Source: Candidatus Nitrospinota bacterium M3_3B_026 (GTDB lineage Bacteria; Nitrospinota_A; UBA7883; JBPRGF01). From it: a DNA stretch of 64,000 nt. The DNA lies in assembly GCA_051418015.1 (NCBI GenBank), contig JBPRGF010000023.1, forward strand, positions 96,001 through 160,000. Direction: 5' to 3'. Each line of letters begins with the position of its first letter. The first letter of the stretch is position 1. Under the pieces are notes generated by a model. That model was given only the letters and a program-made list of their open reading frames with translations, was not told the origin of the DNA and searched no databases. The position numbers and the translations under genes are program-made. Below are positions 55,574 through 64,000 of this stretch, piece by piece.

Positions 55574-56257
55574 ATGAAGACAGGATCGTTCAAGGACAAG
55601 CTTTTCGGCCAGTTCGCCATCGTCGGCAAGGCCCTATCCAACGCGAACCGGCTGGAGCTTCTCGAGCTTCTGGCCCAGGGCGAGCGCAGCGTGGAGCCCC
55701 TGGCGAAGGCGGCGGGCCTTTCCATGGCCAACGCCTCCCAGCATCTTCAGATACTGCGCCAGGCGGGCCTTGTGACGGCCAGGAAAAAGGGCCAGCACGT
55801 CTTCTACAGCATCCCCGACGACAACGTGGTGGCGCTTTTCGAGCTTTTGCGCAAGATCGCGGAGAAAAACCTGGCCGAGGTGGACAGGCTGATACAGTCC
55901 TACCTGAAGGTGAAAGACGATCTGGAGCCCGTCTGCGCGAACGAGCTTCTGGAACGCGCCGGGGAGGGGCTGGTGACCGTCCTCGACGTGCGGCCGGAGG
56001 AAGAGTACGCCGCCGGGCGTCTGCCGGGCGCCGTGAACGTGCCCCTGAAAGACCTCGAAAAATACATGGACAGGCTCGACAAGCGCAAGGAGGTCATAGC
56101 GTACTGCCGCGGGCCGTATTGCGTGCTGGCTTTCGAGGCCGTCGAGAAGCTGCGAAAAAAGGGATTCAAGGCCAGGCGGCTGGAATACGGGGCTCCGGAG
56201 TGGAAAAAGGAGGGCCGCCCGATGGAGACGGGCGCCAAGAAAGCCTCCAAGGATTGA
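55574..56257 (+). CDS. ArsR/SmtB regulator fused to a rhodanese domain
   Basis: KALSNANRLELL..SVE..SQHLQ.LR..GLV; LDVRP..EY..G.LPGA; active-site YCRGPYC. Confidence 0.92.
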   Translation: MKTGSFKDKLFGQFAIVGKALSNANRLELLELLAQGERSVEPLAKAAGLSMANASQHLQILRQAGLVTARKKGQHVFYSIPDDNVVALFELLRKIAEKNLAEVDRLIQSYLKVKDDLEPVCANELLERAGEGLVTVLDVRPEEEYAAGRLPGAVNVPLKDLEKYMDRLDKRKEVIAYCRGPYCVLAFEAVEKLRKKGFKARRLEYGAPEWKKEGRPMETGAKKASKD

Positions 56258-56266
56258 GAGGTCCTC

Positions 56267-57148
56267 TTACAGCGAAAGCCGCCTGAAAATATCCAGGCAC
56301 GCCTCGGCCCTGTTCAGGGTGTAAAGATGAACCCCCGGCGCGCCGCCTTCCAGCAAGCGCTTCGCCTGCTCGCTCGCCGTCTCGACACCGGCCTCCAGCA
56401 CGGCCTTTTCGCCGCCGTCTCTTTCCGCCGCCTCCAGCCTGCCGAGAAGGTCCTTCGGGATGCTGGCCCCGCACATGGAGGTTATCTTTTTTATGAGCTT
56501 CAGGCTGAATATCGGCATCACGCCGGGGATTACGGGCTTTTCGATCCCGGCCTTTTTGAGCTTGTCCAAAAAACTCCAGTAAAGGCCGTTGTCGAAAAAG
56601 AGCTGGGTGATGGCGAAGTCAGCGCCGAGGTCGAGCTTATGCTTCAGGCAGCGCAGGTCGTCCTCGGCGGACACGGCCTCCTGGTGGACCTCCGGGTATG
56701 CCGCCACGCCGACGCCCATTTGGGGGTATCTCTCCTTTATGAACTCCACGAGGTCCGAGGCGTGCTTGAACCTCGCGTCCCCGGGGATGAAGTTTTCCTT
56801 CCCCTCCGGCGGATCGCCGCGCAGGGCGAGGACATTGTCGATTCCCGCCTCGGCAAGGCCTCCCAGGAAACCGTCGAGCCTCTCCCCGGAGGCGCCCACG
56901 CAGGTCAGGTGCGCCATCGGCTCCAGGCCGCTCTCTTTTTTGAGGCGGGTGACGATCTCCAGCGTCTTCGCCTGCGTCCCGCCGCCCGCGCCGTAGGTGA
57001 CGGACACGAACAGGGGGTTCGTCTCCTTGAGCCTTTCCACGGCCTTGAAAAAGGCCGGCAGCGCACTGCTCTCCTTCGGCGGGAAAAACTCCAGCGACAG
57101 GAATTTCCCCGGCCTATCCAGAAGCTCTTTTATCCGCAAACTCTCCAC
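56267..57148 (-). CDS. metF: 5,10-methylenetetrahydrofolate reductase
   Basis: SLEFFPPK, SVTYGAGG, AHLTCVG, LALRGDPP, ITQLFFD, HLYTLN. Confidence 0.96.
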   Translation of the reverse strand: MESLRIKELLDRPGKFLSLEFFPPKESSALPAFFKAVERLKETNPLFVSVTYGAGGGTQAKTLEIVTRLKKESGLEPMAHLTCVGASGERLDGFLGGLAEAGIDNVLALRGDPPEGKENFIPGDARFKHASDLVEFIKERYPQMGVGVAAYPEVHQEAVSAEDDLRCLKHKLDLGADFAITQLFFDNGLYWSFLDKLKKAGIEKPVIPGVMPIFSLKLIKKITSMCGASIPKDLLGRLEAAERDGGEKAVLEAGVETASEQAKRLLEGGAPGVHLYTLNRAEACLDIFRRLSL

Positions 57149-57267
57149 TCCAATCTAAAATACGCGAAGGTTCGACATTTTAATGCCGTCCCGCCCCCGA
57201 TTTCAAATCGGACTCCCGCCCCGGCGGGGGTAGAATGTAACCAGCGACAACGATCCGGTTTCAGGCA

Positions 57268-58248
57268 ATGAGAGGGAAGATAGCGCACTCGGTGGTGGCC
57301 GTGACCGGCCCCAGGGACTGGCGGACGGGGGACATAGCGTTAAAACCCACCAAAAGCGCCCCCGGTTACGAGGCGTATTTCCCCACCTACAAGCTGCTCG
57401 GCGAAAGAGAAGGAACGGCGCCATCCGGCCGGCGGTTCGACGTGACCGTCAAGGGGTTCCGTGGGGCTTACGTCATCGTGGAGGCGCGGGCGGAGTTCGA
57501 CAGCGGCGAGGCGAAAGAGATTCTCGCGGCGAAAGACGAGCTGAACGAGGAGGCCGCCAGGGTGGCCGGGGAGTTTTCCGATTTGCGCATGGCGGAGGAG
57601 TACACCTTCTACCTGGTGGCCGACTACGGTGACCCGGAGTCCTTCGTCCGGGAGAACAGGCTCATGATCGCCCAGATGCTCAAGGACGACGCCCTGGAGC
57701 TGACGGACACGGAGATAGAGCAGACCCTCTCGAGCTCCATCAGGTACGCCAGGGACGACATGACGGTCATCGAGTGGGACGGCGCGCTGCTTCTGGACAA
57801 GGAAAGCGACTTCGAGGACAACATGACCCTCATCGAGCTTGCCAACATTCAGCTTCTCGCCCTGAGGGCCCTGGACGACAGGCTCACAAGGGAGATCGGG
57901 CTGTTCAAGGGTTTTGGCGATTTCAGGACTCCGAACATCTTCCGGCTGTCTCGTTTCTTGCGGTCGATAATAAACGCGCGCTCCAGGAGCCTGCTGGACC
58001 TTGACGAGATCGACAACTCCATAAAGCTCTACGGTGACTGGTACTCCGCCAAGCTCTACTCCGCCGCCGCGAAAAAGCTGTACCTGACAAGCTGGCGGGA
58101 GGCGGTGGAGGAAAAGCTTGAGCTTCTGGAGAAGATGTTCGAGATGGTCAACCAGCGGCAGGGGGAGATATACAACGTCACGCTGGAGGTCTCCATTGTG
58201 CTGCTTATCGCGCTGGAGATAGTCCTGATCGTCTACGGGGTGGGCTGA
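57268..58248 (+). CDS. Hypothetical protein, RMD1/DUF155-like, with C-terminal TM
   Basis: IELANIQLL.LR.LD, GDWYSAKLY, W...V..KL, LEVSIVLLIALEI. Confidence 0.65.
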   Translation: MRGKIAHSVVAVTGPRDWRTGDIALKPTKSAPGYEAYFPTYKLLGEREGTAPSGRRFDVTVKGFRGAYVIVEARAEFDSGEAKEILAAKDELNEEAARVAGEFSDLRMAEEYTFYLVADYGDPESFVRENRLMIAQMLKDDALELTDTEIEQTLSSSIRYARDDMTVIEWDGALLLDKESDFEDNMTLIELANIQLLALRALDDRLTREIGLFKGFGDFRTPNIFRLSRFLRSIINARSRSLLDLDEIDNSIKLYGDWYSAKLYSAAAKKLYLTSWREAVEEKLELLEKMFEMVNQRQGEIYNVTLEVSIVLLIALEIVLIVYGVG

Positions 58249-58259
58249 GCGCGCGCAGG

Positions 58260-59378
58260 ATGAGGATACTCTTCGGAGCGAACTACCATCCCAGCCAGAA
58301 GGCGGAGTTCGTCCGCCTGGCCCTGGAGCGGCTCGGCCACGAAACGATCCCCTTCACCGCCTCCCCGGGCGCGCCGGAGGGTTTTTTGAGGACCGCGCCG
58401 GACGTGGATATCGTGGATCTCGTCAAAGGGCTCGGCGAGAGGCCGGACGCCTTCCTGATGGTCGAGAGCAGGGATGGATCGCCCTTTCTGCCGAGGCGGA
58501 TCGCCGACCTCGACATCCCCACCGCGGCCTGGTTTTTCGACAATCACCTGAACTACCGCTGGAACAAGGAGGCGGCCGCGCTGTTCGATCATTGTTTCTT
58601 CGCTCAGCTTGACCAGGCGAGATGGGCATGGCGGTACGGCAGGGACAACGTCGTGTGGCTGCCCTTCGCCGCCGACGAGGTGTTTCACCGGGACTTCGGC
58701 GTCGAACGCGACATCGACGTCGGCTACGTGGGCAGCGTGACGGGGCAGAAAAGGCGTTACTTCGACGCGCTGGAAGAAAGCGGTCTGCGGGTCGTGACGA
58801 ACGACGAGTATCTAGCCTATGAGGAAGTCGGAAAGTTCTACAGCCGCTGCAAGCTGGTGTTCAACATCTCCGCCAGGAGGGACCTGAACCCGCGCGCCTT
58901 CGAGGCGTCATACGCCGGGGCGCTGGTGGTCTCGCAGTCGATGATGGACGCAGGGGCGAGGGAGATTTTCACCGAGGGGGAGAACATGGCCTTTCATAAC
59001 TTCTCGGACGCGGCGGACATCCTGCGCTCGCTGCTGGAGGATGGCGGGCGCAGGGAGCGGATGGCGGGGAACGCGAAGAACCTCGTCCGCTCCGCCCATC
59101 TTTACCGCCACAGGGCGGAAAGGATCGTCGAGACCCTTTCAACTGGAGTGACGAAAGGGAGGATGAGGCGAGGATCGACGTTTGTCATGCCCGTGGCCGA
59201 GGGGCTCACGCTCCGCCACAAGCAGTTCGGCTGGAAAAGGGAGGGCGCCGTAAAAATCGCCGAGGCCCTCCGCCGCTCGCCGTGGGGCGCTTTGCTCTAT
59301 CTTTTGAAATACGCCTGGAGCAGGGTGAGGGAAAAGGCGTGGAAAACGGCGATATCTTTCGGCAAGGCGCCTTTTTAG
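58260..59378 (+). CDS. CgeB-like glycosyltransferase
   Basis: WFFDNH, WLPFAAD, DVGYVGS, VFNIS..DLNPRAFE, HLYRHRA. Confidence 0.8.
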   Translation: MRILFGANYHPSQKAEFVRLALERLGHETIPFTASPGAPEGFLRTAPDVDIVDLVKGLGERPDAFLMVESRDGSPFLPRRIADLDIPTAAWFFDNHLNYRWNKEAAALFDHCFFAQLDQARWAWRYGRDNVVWLPFAADEVFHRDFGVERDIDVGYVGSVTGQKRRYFDALEESGLRVVTNDEYLAYEEVGKFYSRCKLVFNISARRDLNPRAFEASYAGALVVSQSMMDAGAREIFTEGENMAFHNFSDAADILRSLLEDGGRRERMAGNAKNLVRSAHLYRHRAERIVETLSTGVTKGRMRRGSTFVMPVAEGLTLRHKQFGWKREGAVKIAEALRRSPWGALLYLLKYAWSRVREKAWKTAISFGKAPF

Positions 59379-59380
59379 TA

Positions 59381-59484
59381 CGCTCACGCGGCAAACGTTC
59401 CGCCCATAAGGGGCAGCCTGGCATCGGCTTTTATAGCGCTCCCGCGGCAAGCGTTCCGCCCCTGAGGAGCGGTTTGGCATCGGC
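59381..59484 (+). repeat. Imperfect tandem duplication (two 48-bp units, 56-bp period)
   Basis: 59381-59428 versus 59437-59484: 40 of 48 identical by hand alignment. Confidence 0.85.
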
Positions 59485-59490
59485 GTTGCT
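59475..59490 (+). promoter_or_regulatory. sigma54 (-24/-12) promoter
   Basis: TGGCATCGGCGTTGCT with GG-N10-GC, just upstream of a two-gene operon. Confidence 0.6.
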
Positions 59491-59515
59491 TTTTTAAGGG
59501 GTTAAAGACACGCGG

Positions 59516-59923
59516 ATGCGGAAAATGAGCGGAAAAGGGACAAAAATTCTCCTTGCGGCGGCGCTGGCGGCGGCAATATCTGCCCGGCCGGGGCCCGCGA
59601 TGGGCCAGAGCGCCGTCCAGTTGACGCCCGTGATGGTGGACAGGGCGGGCGGTTTTGTCTATTTCCTGGTGATGAACAAGGGGCTGCATACCATAGAGAA
59701 CCTGTTCGGATGGGTCTACGGCCACGGCGCGCCGGAGGCGCCCGGCGCGTATCTTGTGAACAACCCCCACGCGCAGGGCCAAAAAGTCTCCCTCGGCGAG
59801 CATGTCCCCGGCTCCGCGGCGATGTACAGGTTCGCCGTGGCCGAGGCGGGGGCTTTCTTCCCCCGCTACACCCTGCTGGTGTCAGACAAAAGTATCTTCC
59901 ATAAAAGGAGAACCGGCCCATGA
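59516..59923 (+). CDS. Exported hypothetical protein
   Basis: Signal peptide; ATGA overlap with the next gene; start may be 59525. Confidence 0.65.
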   Translation: MRKMSGKGTKILLAAALAAAISARPGPAMGQSAVQLTPVMVDRAGGFVYFLVMNKGLHTIENLFGWVYGHGAPEAPGAYLVNNPHAQGQKVSLGEHVPGSAAMYRFAVAEAGAFFPRYTLLVSDKSIFHKRRTGP

Positions 59924-60585
59924 GAACCGCCGCCATCGCGCTGATCGTCCTGTCGATCGCCGCCACGGCGAACGCTGTGGATGGAGAGGAGACTACTGGG
60001 GAACGGGCGAACAACGTCCGTTTCGGCGGGGTAAGGACGGGGATGAGCGTCTCCAACTTCATCCGGGAGGGCGAGCCTTACCGGAAGGCGGAGAGCATGG
60101 CATGGGTCAAGTTCGAGACGCTGGGCCAGGCCGGGAGGATATGGGCCCCGGCGCCCGAGGGTATGACGCTTTCGAGAAACGTGTTGTCGCTGATGACGGT
60201 TACGCCCGTCTCCGGCTCCCGCCCCGCGTGCTCCTCGACGCCCAGGATGCTTTTCGTCTCCGGCCCACCGGGCGGGCCTGGGGCGAGGCTATACGCCTAT
60301 GAATACATGATCTGCGACTCAAGCGGGCTGCTGAACCCGGGGATACTGATCGACCAGTACATAACAAAATACGGAATTTACGACTGGAAGAACTACGACC
60401 TGGACATGATCGTCTATAAAAACGTCCTCGGGCGCTACCGTGTCGGCGCAAGACCGGCCGTTTCGGAGGACGGCAGGGCCGCCATCGTCATAACCGTCGT
60501 GGACGACGATGTGTTCAAGGAGGCCTACTTCGCCTGGAGGCGGGCCTTGAGAGAGGCTTACACGTCCATCAGGGATCGGTTCTAG
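59920..60585 (+). CDS. Exported hypothetical protein
   Basis: AGGAG SD, signal peptide ending ANA, two Cys. Confidence 0.7.
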   Translation: MRTAAIALIVLSIAATANAVDGEETTGERANNVRFGGVRTGMSVSNFIREGEPYRKAESMAWVKFETLGQAGRIWAPAPEGMTLSRNVLSLMTVTPVSGSRPACSSTPRMLFVSGPPGGPGARLYAYEYMICDSSGLLNPGILIDQYITKYGIYDWKNYDLDMIVYKNVLGRYRVGARPAVSEDGRAAIVITVVDDDVFKEAYFAWRRALREAYTSIRDRF

Positions 60586-60699
60586 CCCGGGGCGGTCCGC
60601 CCCCCGTCCCCTTCGTCCCGGCGGACGCCAAGGCGCGTGGTGATTTTCCCCTAAAGGGATTCCCTCTTTTTTCCGATCTGATCGTTAAAGGAGGAAGCC

Positions 60700-61029
60700 G
60701 TGGAGTACCAGGTAAAACCGCTGACCGTCTTTTCCCGGAGGACGGCTTTCAACCCCTTGTCCAGGGGGGAATACGAGGCGCTTTACCATCCCCGGGGACG
60801 GCGGGCGCCCGCGCCTGATGGCGGCGGTATGGACATCTCCACGAAAGCCGGGCGCGATGCGATGATACGCTCGATCGGCTCCGGGCTCGGCGCCGGGACG
60901 CCCGAGAAAACGCTCTTGAGATCCCTTGTCCCGTCCGAACGGGCCGTTGGGGGCTCATACGGGCTTTACGCCGCCGTGGGCGAGATACCCGCGTATAAAA
61001 TGCGGCCGCTTATCGACGAGTACGTCTGA
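60700..61029 (+). CDS. Hypothetical protein
   Basis: AGGAGG SD before GTG; C-terminal LIDEYV. Confidence 0.6.
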   Translation: MEYQVKPLTVFSRRTAFNPLSRGEYEALYHPRGRRAPAPDGGGMDISTKAGRDAMIRSIGSGLGAGTPEKTLLRSLVPSERAVGGSYGLYAAVGEIPAYKMRPLIDEYV

Positions 61030-61085
61030 ATCGGCAAACGCTCCCGCCTTTTCACGGTCTCCCGGATAAAGCGGCCGCGTTTTTT

Positions 61086-61490
61086 TCACATGCCAGGGAT
61101 GACCCTGTGCGGCGCCCTTTCCGGGGCCAGCTCGTAGAGCATGGCCCGGATCGCCTGGGAGAACTTGTCCTTTTTCCTGAGGGCGCAATACTTCTTGAGC
61201 CACCACATCAGGATCTTCGTGTCCTTGGAGTCGACTATGGCCGTGTCCGGGACGAAGACGCTGTAGGACGAAAGGTAACCCTCCACCCATGCTTCGTAGA
61301 GGGCGTACCCGCCTTTCTCCTCCTTCTCAGCATCCTCAAGGTAGGAAGAACATGTCTTCTGCCCGATTCCCCGGATCCTGGTCAGCTTCTCTTTTTCGCC
61401 ATCCTTGTCCTGTTCCGTCCAGGCCCATGCGTTCAAGCCCGTGACGAGCGCCAGCGCCGCCAGGGCGGCGGCGAACTTTTTGTGGTCCAT
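61086..61490 (-). CDS. Exported small helical protein with a Cys pair (HdeA/HdeB-like pattern)
   Basis: AAGGAGG SD, signal peptide, G.G..TC..Y, WVEGYLS, WL..YC. Confidence 0.65.
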   Translation of the reverse strand: MDHKKFAAALAALALVTGLNAWAWTEQDKDGEKEKLTRIRGIGQKTCSSYLEDAEKEEKGGYALYEAWVEGYLSSYSVFVPDTAIVDSKDTKILMWWLKKYCALRKKDKFSQAIRAMLYELAPERAPHRVIPGM

Positions 61491-61663
61491 GCTCCCCTCC
61501 TTGTTCTGAAGACCTTCAAGTAACCCTGATGACCGCGCTTTGCCGATTTTTCTCCCCCTGCCAGAGGGGAGAAAATATCCGGCGCCGTCTGTCTTTCAAG
61601 TTATGAGAAAATCTCCTTGTTCTGGCGGCCGCTTCAAAGGCGTCGCCTCGTTTCCCATGCCGG

Positions 61664-62602
61664 TCAGATGCTCGCGACGTCCTCGGCGGCGCGTTTTCTG
61701 ACAGGCGTCGCCGCGGCCAGTTTCACCTTGGAGCCGAGTATCCTGTTGACCGTCTCCAGGCCCCTGTAGAGCTTCAGGTCCTCCTTGTCCACAACGTCCA
61801 CCGCTCCGATGTCCTGCGCCCGCAGGCGCATCCTGCTGCCCCGCTGGGCCACGGAGCTTACGATGATGATCGGCTTGGGATAGTGGATCATGAGTTTTTT
61901 CAGAAACGACACCCCGTCCATCCGGGGCATGATGATGTCCAGCGTCACCACGTCCGGGTCGAGCTCCAGTATCTTGTCCCGCGCCTCGTAGGCCGTCTCC
62001 GCCTCGCCCACCACCTCGATCTCCGGGTCCATCGAAAGGGCGTCCTTGAGTATGCCCCGCACCGTGGCGGAGTCGTCGACGACGAGGACTTTTATCCTGC
62101 GGGTGGACAGGTCTTTCTTTTTCACCTCCAGTTGTTTCGAGAGTTCGGACTTCATGATGAGGCGCATATTCACCTCGCCGGTCTGGTTATCGAAAAAAAC
62201 CTTGCGCCCCGCGTCGCCCCCGGTCTGGCGCTCAACTATCCTTATCCCGCGCTCGTCCAGGATTTTCAGCGCCATCTCCACGTTGCGCCGGCCGATCTCC
62301 GCCCCGCCGCTCAAGTGCCCCACCACGGCGCCGCCCCCGAAAACCTTTGCCTCCAGGCTGTGGATGGACGTGTCCACCCTCAGCATGGAATCTATAAGCT
62401 TGTTCGTGGAGACGTCGCCGTACTTGCCAACCATCGCCTTGCTGTCTCCCGAGGGGAGCATGAAATGATTCATTCCACCGAAGTGGAGCTTTCGGTTGTA
62501 GAGGCAGACCGCCACGCAAGAGCCCAGCAGCGTGGCGATCACGGCCGGCTGGCGGGTGACGGCTATCTCCCCCGGCAGAACGAACACTCTTTTCTTTTCC
62601 AT
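61664..62602 (-). CDS. cheD: CheD chemoreceptor deamidase fused to a CheB-type receiver domain
   Basis: PGE, TLLGSCVAVC, GMNHFMLP, AKVFGG, IG.RN; then IKVLVVDDSA..DVVTLDIIMPRMDG..VSS..DVVDK. Confidence 0.9.
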   Translation of the reverse strand: MEKKRVFVLPGEIAVTRQPAVIATLLGSCVAVCLYNRKLHFGGMNHFMLPSGDSKAMVGKYGDVSTNKLIDSMLRVDTSIHSLEAKVFGGGAVVGHLSGGAEIGRRNVEMALKILDERGIRIVERQTGGDAGRKVFFDNQTGEVNMRLIMKSELSKQLEVKKKDLSTRRIKVLVVDDSATVRGILKDALSMDPEIEVVGEAETAYEARDKILELDPDVVTLDIIMPRMDGVSFLKKLMIHYPKPIIIVSSVAQRGSRMRLRAQDIGAVDVVDKEDLKLYRGLETVNRILGSKVKLAAATPVRKRAAEDVASI

Positions 62603-62606
62603 ATTC

Positions 62607-64000
62607 TCAGTCCTGTCTCGCTTCCTGGAATTGCCTGATTATCCCTTCAACGCTCAGTATCAGGGCCATCCTGCGGCCGTCGAGTATGGACACCCCCTCG
62701 AAGGCCGAAGGCTCCCGCGTCGGCGTGGAAAGCTCCTTGTAGACTATCTGCCTCTGGCCGAGCACCTCGTCCACCACCATGCAAAGCGGCTCCCCCCTGC
62801 TCTCGGCCAGGACGCAGACGGCGTCCCAGACGTTGCCGTTTTTCGATTCTATTCCGAAAAGCTCGCTCAGGCGCGCCACGGGGTATATCCTGCCCCAGCG
62901 GCGGACCACCTCCGCCCTGCCCTCCACGCTGTTGACGTCCTCGGGCCTCGCCTTGAAGGACTCGCGGACGTTCTCGGCGGGAACGAGGAAAACGCTGTCG
63001 CCGATCTTGAGCGTCAGCCCGAGCTTTATCCTGGTGGTATAGGTCAGCGGCAGGTTTATATATATTTCCATGCCCGCCCCGGGCCTGTTCACCAGCCGGA
63101 GGGAGCCGTTGAGGTCCTTGACGCTGGAGGAGAGCACATCCAGTCCCACGCCGCGGCCGGACGTCTCCGTCACCCTTTCCGCCGTGGAGAACCCGGGCCG
63201 CAGCAGAAGGTCCAGTATCTCCCCCCCGCTCATCCTGTCCGCCGCCTCCCGCGAAACGATGCCCCTCTCCACGGCCCTGGCCGCGACGGCGCCCGTGTCC
63301 ACCCCCTGCCCGTCGTCGGAGACCTTCAGGAGCATCTCGCCTTTGCCGGAACGGGCCTCTATGGTTATGGTCCCTTTCGGATCCTTGCCGGACCGCGCCC
63401 TCTCCTCCGGCGTCTCCAGCCCGTGGTCGGCGCTGTTCCTCACCAGGTGGGCGAGAATGGTCTCTATCTTTTCAAGCATGCTCTTGTCCACCTCCACGTC
63501 CTGGCCGGTCATCTGGAGGCGGATGGGCTTGCCGGAGCTTTTGGATATCGCCCGGACGAGCCGGGGCAGCTTGCTCATGGCCCGCTCCACGGGGACTTTC
63601 CTTATCTCGTAAAGGCTTTTCTGGAGCTTGCCCGAAAGCTCCCCGAAGGCCTGGTTGGTGGTCTTGAAATCGAGGGCCAGCCCGTTCGTCTCTCCGCTCT
63701 CGAGCCGCCGTTGCAGAAGGACGAGAAGCTCGCGGATGGTGACAAGCTCGCCGACCTGGTCCATGAACCAATCCAGCGACGTTTCGTTCACCCGCACCGT
63801 TTTCATCTCCCGGCCCGCCTTCCCGGCCTTCTCCGCCTCCCGCGGCGCTGCCTCCCCGGCGGGCGCGGCCTCCGACAGGTGTTTCGAATATTCGTCCAAG
63901 CCGTCGGCAAGAGACCCGGCCAGCGCCTCGTCCACGCCCAGCTCGTCCTGGTAGAAAATCTCGAAGTTCTCCTTCATCTCGTTGAGTATCTCCAGCGGCC
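62607..64000 (-). CDS. cheA: Chemotaxis histidine kinase CheA (5' part lies beyond the window)
   Basis: TVRV..LD..MDQVGELV, HLVRNSADHGLE, DDGQG, PGFSTA..SGRGVGLDV, CheW domain; frame open to the window edge. Confidence 0.93.
   Translation of the reverse strand, partial: PLEILNEMKENFEIFYQDELGVDEALAGSLADGLDEYSKHLSEAAPAGEAAPREAEKAGKAGREMKTVRVNETSLDWFMDQVGELVTIRELLVLLQRRLESGETNGLALDFKTTNQAFGELSGKLQKSLYEIRKVPVERAMSKLPRLVRAISKSSGKPIRLQMTGQDVEVDKSMLEKIETILAHLVRNSADHGLETPEERARSGKDPKGTITIEARSGKGEMLLKVSDDGQGVDTGAVAARAVERGIVSREAADRMSGGEILDLLLRPGFSTAERVTETSGRGVGLDVLSSSVKDLNGSLRLVNRPGAGMEIYINLPLTYTTRIKLGLTLKIGDSVFLVPAENVRESFKARPEDVNSVEGRAEVVRRWGRIYPVARLSELFGIESKNGNVWDAVCVLAESRGEPLCMVVDEVLGQRQIVYKELSTPTREPSAFEGVSILDGRRMALILSVEGIIRQFQEARQD

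Noticed and set aside
57149..57267. SAM/SAH riboswitch upstream of metF
   Set aside because: Hairpins are present but I could not find the conserved cores of SAM-I, SAM-II or SAH aptamers.
59381..59484. Possible mini-CRISPR
   Set aside because: Only two 48-bp units with an 8-nt gap, no spacer-length unique sequence and no cas genes.

Overview
This is a GC-rich, gene-dense bacterial chromosomal window from a diderm (it has LpxC and LolA). I saw no rRNA, tRNA, CRISPR array or transposase. From 5' to 3' it contains: a surface-glycan cluster (GT2, sulfotransferase, GT4); a PLD; a BNR/sialidase-fold gene; fabD-fabG-acpP-fabF-rnc-queE; and a minus-strand envelope operon, DUF4390-ntrY-[NtrX-like REC + degenerate AAA+ + LpxC fusion]-purN-lolA-rseP. 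Next come a small-protein operon (two of its three ORFs are too short for the ORF track), glgB and assorted housekeeping genes. A ~16 kb dissimilatory sulfur cluster follows (dsrN-osmC-dsrEFH-dsrJOP-[small TM protein, DUF5395-like, sulfate-exporter-family transporter]-dsrC-dsrAB-dsrL-dsrMK, no dsrD), which points to oxidative (reverse) Dsr. The rest holds an Irr-like Fur, nhaB, htpX, an AT-rich HEPN-like gene sitting where a hicA toxin is truncated, nupC, ArsR-rhodanese, metF, exported hypotheticals, and the end of a chemotaxis operon (cheA plus a CheD-receiver fusion). The most striking item is an NtrY/NtrX-type two-component system whose response regulator has lost its sigma54-contact motif and DNA-binding HTH and instead carries an intact LpxC. 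This suggests phosphorelay control of the committed step of lipid A synthesis. The gene content reminds me of sulfur-oxidising Nitrospinota/Nitrospirota, but that taxonomic guess is unverified. All family assignments come from motif recognition by eye, not database searches.
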